Shown in pieces: positions 39,966-54,149 of a stretch of DNA of 64,000 bases. Position 1 is the first letter of the stretch, and every line of letters starts with the position of its first letter. Under the pieces are notes generated by a model. That model was not told the DNA's origin, did not search any database, and was given only the letters and a program-made list of their open reading frames with translations. Source of the stretch: Octopus sinensis (lineage: Eukaryota); the NCBI RefSeq assembly GCF_006345805.1, contig NC_043002.1, forward strand, positions 18,290,001-18,354,000. The letters are read 5' to 3'. Made by a program: the position numbers and the translations under genes.

Positions 39966-41305
39966 AAAGATATATTCGTCGTGTGTATGAACGCACGTGC
40001 GTGTTCGTAAGTAGTAAATACTTAGTACGTGAGTACGTGTGCCAGGTGGGCGTTGTTGCAGTTGGTATATATTTAAATATATGTATGTTTACCTTTATTT
40101 TTTCATACATATGCATAAGCATTTCTGTGAATGTTGTAGCAATGAAAGCCCATACGCACCTATACAAACACACACAGACATACACTTTTATGCACGCACA
40201 TAGACATGTGTGTGTGTCTATGTGTGTGCGCGCGTGTGTATCTAAGAGTGAATTCGCAAAGCGTTTTTCCACCAGGAAGAAATAAGAACAATGAAATAAA
40301 ATAAAGAATCATCAGCAATTTATTAAACAATTTTCTTTTCCTGACTAAAAACCGGAAAAAAAACTATTTAAGAGAGAGGTAGAGAAACAGAGAGTGTGGG
40401 GGGGAAGACAGACAGACAGACAAAGACATATAGAGAGGAAAAGAGGTAGAGGAAGCGAGGGAGGAAAGAACGAAGATGAGAAGAAACGAAGGATGAAATA
40501 AATAACGCCACAAACAACAAAAACAAAGAAAAAAAAACTACAAGGATAATTGAGATATCTAAAACTGTTGGAAATTGAATAAAAAGAACTTGGCAATAAT
40601 TGAAAAGTCTAAAATTGTCCTCTTTTAGAATAACTGTTTTAGTAAACCTTCTTTGATTTGAACATATGCTACAGCAAATGCAATTTCCCAGACATCACTA
40701 AGAAACCAACTAAACTTCATTTAAACGCGCTTTTTGCACAAACTAGTGATATAAATCTAAATTGTGTGTCGGGTCGTTGTGTTAATTAAATTTGACTACT
40801 TTTTATCGTTATATATATATTTCTTTTTTAAAGTAGGAAAAATGACTGAGTCCAATCTGTTTAAAATTGGAAACATATTTAGCATCATTTAGTAGTTTTA
40901 TGTTTGTTTGTTTTTTGCTGTTTGTTCCTTATGCCAGCATCACCAGCATGAACCCCGACAATAACTAGGCTTCCACCCAGCAGACATATGACAAAATGCA
41001 TTCCAGCCGTGGCCATCTTCTCGTTTATTGATACGTCGTATGTATAATTTGGCTGTCAGTATTTCTTCTGTAGTTGAAAAATAAGAGAAAATTAAGTTCT
41101 TTTCATTCAAAAAATGTGTAATTGGAAATGCAATTAGCGTTATTTAATATAAAAGTACATGTATATAATGATTTATAGAATCTAATTTCACCTATTTAGG
41201 GAGTGGGTACTATGTCCCACTACATTAAATGCAGAAGTAGTCTGGTGCACACCGAATGCCATAAATTGGCCATCAAAATGTTATAAAGGCAGACAAATAT
41301 ATATG

Positions 41306-41337
<32 letters not shown>

Positions 41338-41463
41338 TGTATGTATGTATGTATATGTAGGTGTGTGTGTGTGCCTGTAGGTGTGTATGTATCCGTGTGT
41401 GTATGTATGTAATTATGTATGTATATAAACATACATATAAACGTGTTTTTATATGTATATATA

Positions 41464-41533
<70 letters not shown>

Positions 41534-41800
41534 CATAGAGATGTAGTATGTAGGTATGTATGTATGATGTATGATGTATGTATGTATGTAGTATGTATAT
41601 GTATATACACATGCTTCCTCCTTCACAAAAAAGCTAATTACATGGGATTGTCCAATTAAAAGGTGATTATACTGGTGTGCCCTAGCATGGCCATAGCCTT
41701 AGGGCTGAAACATATATAAAAGCATAAAAGAATACATATATTACATGCAGAAACATATTCTACATATACATATATAGATATATGTACATATATTATATAT

Positions 41801-41838
<38 letters not shown>

Positions 41839-42337
41839 GAAAGAGAACTTGGTACTTAAATGATCAAAAGGGTATACGTATGTGAATATGTGTGTCTACC
41901 TATAAACACACACACATATGCATATATACATATATACACACACGCACACATATATATATACATATATATATATAGGCAGACACATATTCACATACATACG
42001 CACACGCATACATAAACAAACATACGCTCTATACAAACTTTCATACATGCATCACATACATACACACACACAAACACATAATAGACAGCGATACGTGAAT
42101 GTATACAGCATGATCTTAGCTCTTCTAAGTGATATATTTCATTTCTGACTAATTAAATAAAGTCAGCGAACTGAAGTAGTGAACAGAGTTTTTAACAAAA
42201 CGATTCGTGGTATTTCTTCTATGTACCTGCGATCTGAGTTCAAACCCCACCTAAGTCAACATTCACTTTCACACTTTGGATGGATAGAGAGAAATTTTAG
42301 AGGGTCAGGTGAGATACTTTGCGGTATCTGTTTGTTT

Positions 42338-42572
42338 GTCGGTGAGCTAGCAGATACGTTAGCACGTCGGGCGAAATGTTTAACGGTATTTCGTCTTCCG
42401 TTACGTTCTGATTTCAAATTCCGCCGAGGTCGACTTTGCCTTTCATCCTTTTGGGGTCGATAAATTAAGTACCAGTTACTACACTGGGGTCGATGTAATC
42501 GACGTAATACCTATGTCTGTCCTTGTTTGTCCTCTCTATGTTTAGCCCCTTGTGGGTAATAAAGAAATAGGT
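42338..42572 (+). mobile_element. SINE family B, full length (tail 1)
   Basis: ggtgagctagcagatacgttagcacgtcggg...gccccttgtgggtaataaagaaatag. Confidence 0.92.
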
Positions 42573-42579
42573 ATCTGTT

Positions 42580-42955
42580 TTTTTTGTCTGTAGAGCGAAG
42601 CGGTCTTCGTCCCGTCTGTAGTGGGAGAAGTCCGAAACGTGGTCCTTTGCTATTCGTAAGACCCGCAGAAGAGAAAGCAGGTCAACTCCCGACACCGAGA
42701 GCATCGACGGATGGCTAAATGCGCATTCAGGCTCAGCGGTTGCGTAGGAAGTCGGGGACAAGAAATAGGAAGAAAGACTGAGAGAAAGTTGGAACGAAAG
42801 AGTACAACAGGGGTAGCCACCACCCACCCACCCTGCCGGAGCCTCGTGGAGCTTTAGGTGTTTTCGCTCAATAAAACACACAGAACGCCCGGTCTAGCAA
42901 TCGAAACCGCGATCCTCCGACCGCGAGTCCGCAGCCCTAACCATTGGGCCATTGC
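42580..42955 (-). mobile_element. SINE family D (tail type D) with 10-bp TSD ggtatctgtt
   Basis: Head and core shared with other D copies, distinct ~190-bp tail; ggtatctgtt at 42570-42579 and 42956-42965. Confidence 0.9.
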
Positions 42956-44144
42956 GGTATCTGTTCCAGATGTTTGTGTTCTGACAGCAACGACGTCTTA
43001 AAATAAAATCTATTGCGAGCAGAGTGTGATTTGCACGAATGGGCATCAGTCAGAATTCCTCAAGAAAGTCAGAGCGCTACCACGCAACGAATTGTTGATG
43101 GTATTGCTTGACAGCGATGTGAATCAAACAAATGTAAAGAAGACAATAAACAAATTATAGAAGGAAAAATAAGATATTTGCCACAAATTCCCCTGAGGAA
43201 CATTTAGATTTTATGGCGTCAGTTCGACTCATCAGCCATTATTATTTCTGTAGCCGCATAATATGTAACGACGTCATCAATGTCTGGTATAGAAATTGAC
43301 CGGCATCGGACGAGGTGACAACTTTATGTGTTATCATTAAGAAATAATAACTGTCTTAGAAAGGTAATGAAAATACATTTTACATGCTCTAGCGGGTCAA
43401 TACAAGTTGAGGCGCTTAGATACTTATCAGGAGCTATGAAACAGGTTGACGCATACGAACGTGGCAATACGGTATGCGTTGTTGGGATTGCACTACGACT
43501 CAGTAGATAGACAAAGTTTTGACTATAGGTGTATGTGAATTAAACATACAGGAAGACGGGTCCTGTATATCACATAAAGGAAATATGAGCTTTTTAACAT
43601 TATTACTAACTCATTCACATAAAAAATAACCTGGACGAAGTACTAAATCAACAAATACAAAACCATCCTAAGGAACAATCTTCCATGGAAAATGTGACAG
43701 ATGGAATAGCTATAAAAAAAATAAGCCCTCACTAAACGCGTTTTGAGATTTGGGGAAAGAGTACAATGAAGTATCAATAGATTTAGATGAAATATCGCTT
43801 CTAAAACTTAGCCAAGAATTCGCAGTATATGATAAAATAATGTACAACACCTATTAGAATTACTTTTTTTTTTAATTTACGTAGAAATCCCAATATGATT
43901 ATAATTTCCGAATAAATGATTTTGACTACTCCTTTCTGTGTTTATGACAAATGACGTTTGTCTATTGATATGAAAATTATTCTTCTTACCCACTTGACAA
44001 AAGAGTTTCTGTGTAACCTTTGGCAGAAACAAAAATTGGTGCGAAATATGCGTGAGTTAAGGCCTAAATGAAACTAATGTGCTTAGAAGATTCTTGTTCA
44101 GTCATGCCTCGAGGTGTAATCATTCCCAAAACATATATCAGTGC

Positions 44145-44395
44145 GCGTGTATGTATGTATGTATGTATGTATGTATGTATGTATGTATGTATGTATGTAT
44201 GTATGTATGTATGTATGTATGTATAAACGTCTGTCAGTCTTCATGAATGTATGTATGTGTGTATGTATGTATGTATGTAGGTACGTATATATGCATGTAT
44301 ATATGCATGTATGTACGTATGTATGTATGTATGTATTTATGTTTGCATGTATGTATGCATATATGCATGTGTGTATGCATGTATTTATGTGCTTC
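44145..44395. repeat. (TATG)n and degenerate derivative
   Basis: Direct inspection. Confidence 0.93.
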
Positions 44396-44644
44396 TATGA
44401 GTTTAATTTAAGTTCATAAGAGAGTAGCAAGACTTTTTGAGTTAACAGAATTCCCGGTGTTTGTAAATATGTGGTTGAGTTAATGTGTTGGTTGAACTGC
44501 CGATGCATTCATCCAAATGTGTGCGGTATTCATAAGAATCTTACATGGAGAATTTTTTGGAATGTCTTACAAAACATCACTGTGCACTAATAGATGGGAT
44601 TTACATAGCTACATAATATATATATATATATATTATATATATAT

Positions 44645-44687
<43 letters not shown>

Positions 44688-44723
44688 GATATATTAATAT
44701 ATATATTATATATATGATATATA

Positions 44724-45326
44724 CTGCGTCCCACATTATTGAGCAAATCAGCCTTCTCTCAATGAATGAAATGTATATTCGGTTCAAAACAGTTATTTTC
44801 CCACTGACTGTTAAAATAAATCGGATCTGCGCTGACGCCAACAAATGGCGGACATTTATGTGATTGGGCAACATTTTCTCCGTCACAAATTATTAGGCAA
44901 GTATAACAAAAATGATAATTGTGTCAGAACAAACGTTTATTGAATTCAACAGTAAAGGTTTAACAAACAATTATTCATAAAGGATTTAATGTTATACATA
45001 ATAATACGTTGGAATAAAACTAATCTTGGGATTATGATGTCATACAGCTCTAAATGTTTGATGTTTGATCCTCCGCATGTAATAACTTGCCTTACCCGCT
45101 GATCCATTAAATCTGTCAAGGTGATGATATCTTGTGTCATGCTTTGAGAAGCATCGACAATAGCATCTCAGGGGGCAACTTTACTTGAAAACTGCCGTCC
45201 ATCTTGACACTGCAAAGTGGAACAAGGTGGCCACTCCATTAAGCAACCTCCAGAGAAGCCTGTTTGCTGCAGGTATTCCTTAGAATTCTTCGCCGCATGA
45301 GACGGGTCGTTATCTTGCATGAAGAC
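44724..45326 (-). mobile_element. Tc1-like transposon, 3' remnant
   Basis: Minus-strand VFMQDNDPSHAAKNSKEYLQQTGFSGGCLMEWPPCS (second-Asp motif of DDE transposase) and LTDLMDQRVRQVITCGGSNIKH C-terminus; ends against (TA)n. Confidence 0.85.
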
Positions 45327-45445
45327 CGATAGAATAAGTACCAGGCTTACAAAGAATAACTCCTGGGGTCGATTTGCTCGACTAAAGGCGGTGTTCCAGA
45401 ATGGCCGCAGTCAAATGACTGAGACATGTAAAAGAGTAAAAGGAG
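45326..45445 (+). mobile_element. SINE family A, 3' end
   Basis: accgatagaataagtaccaggcttacaaagaata...gtcaaatgactgagacatgtaaaagag. Confidence 0.85.
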
Positions 45446-45448
45446 AGA

Positions 45449-45485
<37 letters not shown>

Positions 45486-46312
45486 GAAATGATGTACTCA
45501 GAAATTCGGATGGTTTTATATTTACAGATCTTTATTTGTATATTACATGTTTTTATACATCATATAACTTATATCATATATCATATATTAGCGCTTTCTC
45601 TCCAAAACTTCTAATATTTATACGTATGTATGTATGTGCATAAATTCACCTAAAGAAATATCGTGTATATGATATATCCCCCTTGTTTTGTTTATCTAAC
45701 TCTACAGCTATCCATTTAACAACCAATTTGTTTATCCATATTAACCTTGGCCAAAACATTTCTAAACGTTTCAAATTTCTCTATCAAATACCTACAAACA
45801 TACGCACATACACGAACACATACACACACATACGCACACACATATACACACATACACGCGCACTTTATTTTTCTCCTTCTTTCTCTTTCTATTGTTTCTA
45901 ACAAAACGGTTATCGTATTCTCTGTCTTGTTTTGTATGTATGTAAAACAATCTTATACGTCTTAACATATATATAAAAAACTATGTAATTAAAAGGCGAA
46001 TTTACAAAGTTCACCAAAATAGTAAACTAATCGTTACAATAGAAAAAAAATTATAATCGTTTAAGAGGGGGAGTTTTTTGTGAATTATTTTGTGAGTATG
46101 TGTGTAGGTGTGTATTAGTAGTTTCTGTGAGTGTGTCATTTCTTGATGTTTCTTTCGTTTTGTTTGTTTTTTATCTTCACTTTGTTTTTCTTTCTATATT
46201 TCTTCAAGAAGCAGTCTTTGTGAAATGGAAAAAGAACAATAAAATACAACACACACACACACGCAAATACATACGCACACACGCACGCACACACAGACAC
46301 ATACATACATAC

Positions 46313-46360
<48 letters not shown>

Positions 46361-46595
46361 ATATATACATATTATATATATATAATATATATATATATTA
46401 TATATATTGTGTGTGTGTAGTATATATATGTGTATGTGTATACACGCCACACAAACACACATATATATATATATATACATATATGTGTGTGTATGTGTGT
46501 ATCTTCTATTTATTTACATCATATATATATCCCGACAAACTGTATATAAATATAAATATATACATACACACAAGCACATACACACACACACACAC

Positions 46596-46635
<40 letters not shown>

Positions 46636-47094
46636 GTATGCATGTATACTTATATATATATACGTATGTATTTACATACATTTGCGTGCGTGTGTGTGTG
46701 TAAGTATCGAGGCATATATGTATGAATGTATGTATGTTTGTCCACAGACATGTATGGGTATATAAGTGTATGTACAGGGTATCTCCTTCCCTGCTGGAAA
46801 AGAAATCAATATATAGTAATCAACGTTCGAGAAACAATGTATTTTTTGTCGATCAATCGAGAAATAGTATCAATGAGATTAAATTATCAACGAAAATTAA
46901 TTGTTTGTTGTTGTAGCCATTGTAGGTGTTGTTTTTATTGTTGTTATTGTAGCCATAGTTGTTGTTTTTGTGATTATTTTGTGTCTTTTGTTCTTTTGTA
47001 TATTTTTTATGGGTTTCTTTCTTTTCATTTCATTTACTTTTGTTTTATGCTTTTGTATAACATTTACGCTTCATTTTTGGCGTATATATGTGTA

Positions 47095-47217
47095 TGTGTA
47101 TATATATTGATATATATATATATATATTATATATATATATATATACACAAATATGCATGTAACTTTGTTTACATGTGTAATAATAATATATATGTATACA
47201 TCTGTGTGTGTGGTATA

Positions 47218-47295
<78 letters not shown>

Positions 47296-47591
47296 CATAC
47301 ATATATGTATATAGGTATATATATAGAGAGAGAGACAGAGAATAGTGAGTGAGAGAGAGGAAAAGGATGAGAGGGAGATATGTGATATATATATATAATA
47401 TATTATACATTATATATAAGTGTGTTTGTGTGTGTGTGTGTACTGGGGTGCATATACAATCATATATATACATTATATAAGTACTTAGGTATAACAATAT
47501 ATATGGAACCCATATATAATGTATACATATGTGACCCATATTAATATGAATCATACATATATATATATATGCATATGTACATATATATATA

Positions 47592-47630
<39 letters not shown>

Positions 47631-47700
47631 TTATATATATATATATATATATATGGATGTATGACTCTACGTATGTATGAATGTATATGTGTCTGTATGT
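47095..47700. repeat. (TA)n-rich low-complexity field
   Basis: Direct inspection. Confidence 0.92.
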
Positions 47701-48661
47701 ACGTACGTAGTTTAACGAACCCATCCAAAGTTTGGACATTCTCGTTTATTGAATCAACTGAATAGATTGGTTAATAATACTCGGTCGTTTAATTGCTATA
47801 TAATTTCTTCTAAGTGGTCTGAGCTGTTTGAGTGGTTGCTAAGCTGCAGCTGAATCAAGGCTTGACCCGTTTCTTGAATTCTTTTATACTTTCATATTCT
47901 CATTTGTTATTTGTTAGAACCATGCATCTCTGACAATGGAGAGCCATCATTCAAAGACTTTACAGCTATCGACATCACGTACTTCTTTTCTTTAGTAATA
48001 GAATATTTTTTCAAGACAAGAGCTTTACATAATCCAACGTTTGTTTGTTTGTTTGTTGGGTTTTTTTCTTTTATGCTTCTAAAGATATTACCGTGTATTT
48101 TGAGGGTGATTCTTTTGCTGTGTCTAGCAAGTCAAGAAACTATATAGTCATTAATACTTTCATTGTATGATGTCTTTAATTCTTCAGACAAAATCCATTG
48201 TGATAATCCAAAAATGGTACTGAGGTGTGAGACAGATCAATCATAATCTTGCCAGTGATATACAGCTAACCATAAACCTCAAAAATCTCAAACAGTTTTG
48301 AGGGGATTGGAATTTCTTTTCTTCATACCATCTTCAAAATCACTATCAGACAAAGGTGCCGAGCTGGCAGAATGTTACCAAACCCCAGACAAAATGCATA
48401 ACCCCATCTGTAATAACAAAATATGAACTCCGATCGGAATTTACATACCATGGATAAGAAGTCTCTTTATCCATTCTACACGGCACATTCCTTGGATAAT
48501 GGAACATCAACTTTAACATCCAACATATATTTCTTTTTATCCTCATATTTCCTTGTATACTTCTTATACCTCACTCATTCCTAAATAACCTCTTATATTG
48601 CACTCTACTATTTACTTCTATTTAACTCTCTCATATCCTCTCTGATAATGAAATATCTTTT

Positions 48662-49028
48662 ACTAGCACTATGACCCGGCAACGCCGGATATAGTGCTAG
48701 TGCATGCATAAACAGCTGCGTGCGTGCGTGAGCACATACACGCGAGTACTGTCCAAATCTCCGACCAATCACATACAGCTAGCTGGCATTCAATTGGCGT
48801 ATCAAGTTTCGGGCATTTTGATTGGGTTTTGGATAGAAAATTCACAAAAAAGTCACTTGTATTGATTTTTTAATGGGGTGACTGGGGAAATATAAGGATA
48901 TGCATGACCACCCTTGAACGGTTTTGAATGACCATAGAAAGTGCGAGCCCTCTAACTGAAAAATTGTGGATTTGTATAAAGGATACACACACACACAGAC
49001 AGACATTTTGCCGTTTATATATAGAGAG
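48662..49028 (-). mobile_element. Non-autonomous Helitron-like element
   Basis: Terminal palindrome ACTAGCACTAT-gacccggcaacgccggat-ATAGTGCTAGT with CTAG end; other end cacacagacagacattttgccgtttatatatag as in 34968-35460. Confidence 0.7.
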
Positions 49029-49160
49029 TTATCCCTGAAACAGCTGTAAGACTACCTCTCACTTTACAAATGTCCTAGAAATTTCACACAGCCTTGGCTT
49101 TGTTGTCATCTTATTTAACACACACACTCATACATACACACACACACACACATATATGTG

Positions 49161-49195
<35 letters not shown>

Positions 49196-49225
49196 TATGT
49201 ATGTATGTATTTATGTCTATATATA

Positions 49226-49735
49226 CAGGGTGGGATTTCCAGAAACGAAAATTCAATTCTTTATGCATCGCCGTACGTATTGTATGTCTTGTTAGTCCAC
49301 TTTCACAAGCTGCTTGACGTGTTGATTTTTGCGGGCTGCAATTAAACATTTCCTGTATTGTTACCACGTTCTCCGCAGATCGAGATATGGTTCGACGGCC
49401 ACTTCTTCTTGCATCGTTCACTTAGCCCGCAGAAGTCCAGAACTCCAAGTAGATCAGATATCATTCCATGTGATGTTTACCTGTGGGTTTCACAAAAGAG
49501 GAGGTGTACAAGACAATACTTCGCACACTAGAGGACATGGAGATAGGTATTCAGGTGGTTCTCAATAATATCTCAAACGACGTCCTTCAGAAGGTCGTTC
49601 ATTCCATCCCTGGCCGTTAAAGGAAACTGGTTGACGCCAACGGTACTTACGTTGAAATATGAAGATTTACTTCAATTTTCCCGTGTAATAATAAAGAACA
49701 TGTACCATTTGTTTCAATAGATTTGTAGAAGCAAT
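49226..49735. mobile_element. Rearranged Tc1/mariner-superfamily (DD37D-like) remnant, two pieces in opposite orientation
   Basis: Minus 49230-49425: DARRSGRRTISRSAENV...SPQKSTRQAACESGLTRHTI (HTH). Plus 49440-49660: SDIIPCDVYLW.FTKEEVYKTILRTLEDME...KLVDANGTYVEI*. TA|CAGGGTG terminus at the left. Confidence 0.8.
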
Positions 49736-49739
49736 ATGG

Positions 49740-52700
49740 GTTTTATAACCAATTTTTAAGCTCAAAGGGGACAATCAATGAATAAAATGTTTTTAGCTGA
49801 AGGAGTAATTCAGTGGATATAATATTTCTTAACTAATGGGTATTATATCTTTTTTTCCTTTTTTCTGGTTGGTTTTTAATTTTTGAATTCCCTAATATAT
49901 TTATGTTACGTTCTGGTTTGTATTTTCAATAAATGTGGCCTCTTTATTTAGTCATTGTTGAGTTGAGGTCCTTTCCGAGCATTGGGCATAGTGCGAATAT
50001 TGTGCATTGTGGTTGGCGTTCCTCAGCAAATCTTTCTATATGACCAGTGAGTGGTTTTTGACAGTATTGGAGGTGGTAGATTTGCTGCTTGTGTAGTGTA
50101 GATTTACGTCTCAGGATCATTCCTGTTGGGACTATATAGTTCCGACTGCAGCCGGAACATATTCTGACGTAGATGAGATTTTCAGATGGGGAAGTGAAGT
50201 CAGTTTCAATTTTAAATTTTGTCCATGTTTAAAATGGAATTCTGAGCCTTCCATTTTGTTGGGATATATTCCACAATTTGATCATTCACATTTTTTAACT
50301 CTTGCTTCCGTTATTTTTTAGTATATTGTTGCATTTGTGAATATCCGGTTTTGGCTGTTGCTTTTAATAATTTTATGGGTGCATAGAATTTCATACAGCT
50401 TAGGGTCCTTATGTAGTATTGGAAGGTTTTGGATAATAGTGTTATATGTTTCGTTGCTTCTGGGATTGTATGTGGAAATATAAGGTAATATATTTACAGT
50501 AAGTGTGTTGCTTTGTTTGACCTCTTTTAGCGTTTGTATATTAATTCAATAAGCGAAGTTGGGTAGTGTCTGTCGACGAGTATGTTTTCAATTTCTTATA
50601 GTCTGAGTTCTCTGGTGTTTTTTTCCGACACTATAGTGCAGATTCTCCTCACTAGATTGAAGGGGATATTTATTTCAGTGTCTCGGGAGGCATGATGTAA
50701 ATAATAAGTATTCTTTCGAGTCTGTAGTTTTCTAAAATATCGCGGTTTCTATTTTTATTTACTTTTTTGAAACGTATATCTACAAAAGGGTATTCCTTTT
50801 TGTTGTGTTCTAGTGTAAATTTTATATTTGTATTTATGATATTGAGGAGTCTTTTGAATTCCAAACATTTCTCCATGTTCTCATTCTATAGAATGAAACA
50901 GTCATCCAAATATTTTTTCCAATTTTCCTTTTGTGTATTGGGAAAGGGGATTTCCGAATTTTGTGAGTCAATCGTGACATACTACTACTTCCAAATAGAC
51001 TATTGTCAGGTTTGCAAGAACGGGGGATGCCTTGGTTCTCAAAGCAACTCCAAATTTTTGTCGGTATACAGTACTGTTAAAATATGAAGTTTTTTTCCTG
51101 GAGAAAAAAAAATTAATGATTCAATTACGAATTCTTTGCTAATACGTTTCGGTATTTCTTCTGGATATTTTCCCAGCCAGAACTAAGTTGCTTCTAGTCC
51201 ATAATTATGGGAGATATTAAGTTAGCAACATCAAAGGAGACCATAAGTGTGTTTTTTTTCCTTTACTCTTTTTGAGAGGTAGTTTAACACGTCCAAATCA
51301 TCTCTAATGTAACTTTTAATGTATTTTAGAAGCGGTTTCAAGAAGGTATCAATGAAGTAACAACTCGGTGCGTTTTACAGAATAGTCCAGTTATAATGGG
51401 CCTTAGTTTAAGGTCTCTTGACTTTTATGAATTTTCGGTAAGCCATAGAAGAGGCAGAGTTCGCATTTAAAGTTGGTTATGTAGTCTATTTCTTTTTTCG
51501 TTGGGCCTTTTCCGTGGAGTTGTACTCATGTCGAAAGGTTTTTTATAATTCTCTGGAGATTCAGGCGGTGGGCTGGCAGAAACGTTAGCACGCCGGGTGA
51601 AATGCTTAGCGACATTTCGTCTGTCTTTATGTTCTGAGTTTCAAATTCCGCCGAGGTCGACTTTGCCTTTCATCCTTTCGAATTCGATGAATTAGATACC
51701 AGTTGCGTACTGGAGTCGATCTAATCAACTGGCCCCTCTCCCAAAATATTTCGGGCCTTGTGCCTAGAGTAGAAAAGATTATTCATTGCAGATTGTAGTC
51801 TTCTATATTCTCGTAGTAGTCTTCATTATTCAACAAAGATACTACTAGGTTTTTGTAGTAGTCCGTGTCCATCACTACTACTGTACACCCTTTATCGGCT
51901 TCTTTAATTGTTCATTCCTCATCATCTTGTAATTCAATTAACGCTTTCCATTGGGTAGCACTGAAATTTGAGTTAACTTTTTGTTTTATGCAGAGTGTAG
52001 TAAGGGAAGTTTTTCAACGTGGTTATAGAACTTATCGAAAGTTTTATTTCTACATTTGTGAGGAATGTGATTACTTTCGTTTCCAATTAGTGAATCATCT
52101 TCGATATTAAAGTTAACTAATTCTTCTGTAAGTCTTAGTTATCTGCTGAATTCCGTTAAACTACCATTATTTTCATTTTGGTTGTCTCTGCGTGGAGTTG
52201 GAGGGAATTTTAGCCTTTTTGCGAGTAAATTGACCTTTATCGTAAACAGGAAATTCTTTAATATGTCAATTACCTTCGGTTTTTCCTGTGTATTATGTTG
52301 CAACGTGTGTCCCTGTTTCTCTAGTCTGGAGCTAAAAAACACGTTCGTTGTGGCTGTGTTAGTTTGGGTTGTTGATGTGTCTGTTGAGATTTGGTTTAAA
52401 AGAGTGATGATATTGCTCTGTCGAGTTGTTGTGTGTGTTCATATGTCTAAGAGTCCTTTGATTGGCATTAGGTATAGTGCCTTGTGTCTTTTTCATTCCT
52501 GTTTGGGAATTAAAGTTCCTAACCACGCTGCAGTTTTTCTGAAGTTTCTGGTTTGCAGAACATTCCTATTTCTAGTATTATCTTGTTTTTTCGAAGGTTT
52601 AGGGTCGACTGGGAACTTTCAAACATGGGTCTACTATTTTTACGCTGAGTGTGATCCCTATTTTTAGTGTGTGAGCGATTTTCCCCGGTGTATGGTTGGT

Positions 52701-53560
52701 TCTGCGTAACTATTTTCTTTTATGTATCCATAATCAAAGGTAGTTTGTTCTTTGTTCAATTCTGTATGATTATTTTTGCTGTCTTCATAAAGAAGTTATC
52801 CGAATTAAATTCGGTTTTGAAGATCAATACATAACGTTGGAAGAAGTTATCATTTTTAGCCAGCGTTGTAGGGAATTTCTTTCTTCAGCTTCACCTGTTT
52901 CTATCCGAAGTTTAGTGCTGTTTTCCAGAGAGTGTCCATTGTCATGTTTATTCAGTTCCCTGTGCATTTCTTCGTCTATGTTTTTGTATTTTTCTTCATT
53001 GTTCGATTCTCGTAATCTACGTTGTTCTATTTCTATTTTCATTCGATATAATGCTAATCTTTCTCTCACTTCTCTCTGTCCATGGGATTCGTTTGGGATT
53101 CTTTTTATTTGTAGTTTGCGTAGAACTGTTGGTGTGGAACTCATCCAGCGTTCGTAAATTTCTGACTTGTTGGAATTTTTAAGCATGTTCCAGAATGTGA
53201 ATTTTCTGTTAGATGGTCTTGTGCTTGTATGAATTCGTTGTGAGTTACATTTATTGAGAATTGCTCATTGTCTAGTTTGTTTGTGAAAATCGAGTTTAGT
53301 GTTACGAATAAAAGGTCTAAATCTTTTCTAACCTGTTCTGAGTGGTGAGTCGTTTCTTCATTTCCTTTTTCTCGTGATTGAGTAAGTTTGATGCCTCAGC
53401 TTTATCGATTAAGGTAATCAGATCTGAGTTGATATTTTTACTTCTTTCAAAATGTCCTCGTTTGAAATTTTTCCTGGTTTGTAATTTTTTTTTCCAGTGA
53501 GATTGTTTTCTGTGGCATTTTCGGTCTCACGTGTTGTATATATATAGGTAAAATTTGCGG
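49740..53560 (-). mobile_element. Penelope-like element (Neptune-like): RT plus C-terminal GIY-YIG, disrupted ORF
   Basis: Minus-strand motifs FYGLPKIHK, LRPII, KSYIRDD, LMVSFDVANL, ASPVLANL, KYLDDCFIL, INTNIKFTLE, PFNLVRRICTIVS; Cys-rich linker KKCE*SNCG; NLIYVRICSGCSRNYIVPTG...LHKQQI (GIY-YIG). Many stops and frameshifts. Confidence 0.92.
51564..51783 (+). mobile_element. SINE family B (tail 2) nested in the PLE
   Basis: ggcggtgggctggcagaaacgttagcacgccggg...ccttgtgcctagagtagaaaagatt interrupting the PLE ORF upstream of the RT. Confidence 0.92.
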
Positions 53561-53602
53561 AGGGATTACCACGTGGTAGTAAATATAAAAATGGTAAATA
53601 TA

Positions 53603-53960
53603 AAAAAAGAGAGCGCAAACCTCCGCCAAGGCAACACCAACGTCCTCTCAACGATTAGCCGGAGATCATCTTAAAAATGAGAATATCTTAAATAAACTCG
53701 AGTGCTCCCACAAACGAAAATACTAATAATGAACAAGACCGCTCTCAAAAGTTACGTAAAAAAAAATCAAGAAAAAATATTCCAGAATCCTTGTCCGGTA
53801 CCGGATCGATCCCAAAATCTAATCAGCTTGTGCCAGTCATGAGGCTAAACATCCCTGAAAGTTTCATCCAAATCCAAGTAACAAGATATCTTTTCCACGG
53901 ACAAACAAACAATCACGGCTGAAAACAATACATCCGCCTTCGCCAAGGCGGAGGTAATAA
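53603..53960 (-). mobile_element. Helentron-type non-autonomous element (HINE/DINE-1-like)
   Basis: Minus strand: 5' ttattACCTCCGCCttggcgaaggcgg (subTIR plus short IR), internal (GTTT)n, 3' ttGGCGGAGGTttgcgctctc then T-run. Confidence 0.75.
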
Positions 53961-54149
53961 GATTTAAGGTGATAAAGCACAGGGATTTTTTGTTTATGTA
54001 GATAAAGATTAATTAATCAATTACAATATCTACAGAGTCAACTGGTTTCGTTTCGCTAATCATGATTCATTGTGAAATCATAATACGTTTTTGATTTAAT
54101 ATTGCGTAGAAACAGGTATGGGACGGCTATGCATTTATACAGGGGAGTA

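Noticed and set aside
43205-43245. Minus-strand atggCTGATGAGTC-gaact-GAC-gccat
   Set aside because: Has a core half and stems but lacks GAAA and the NUH triplet; at best a deleted relic.
52182-53157. Plus-strand ORFs 52182-52667 and 52837-53157
   Set aside because: Antisense shadows of the PLE ORF.
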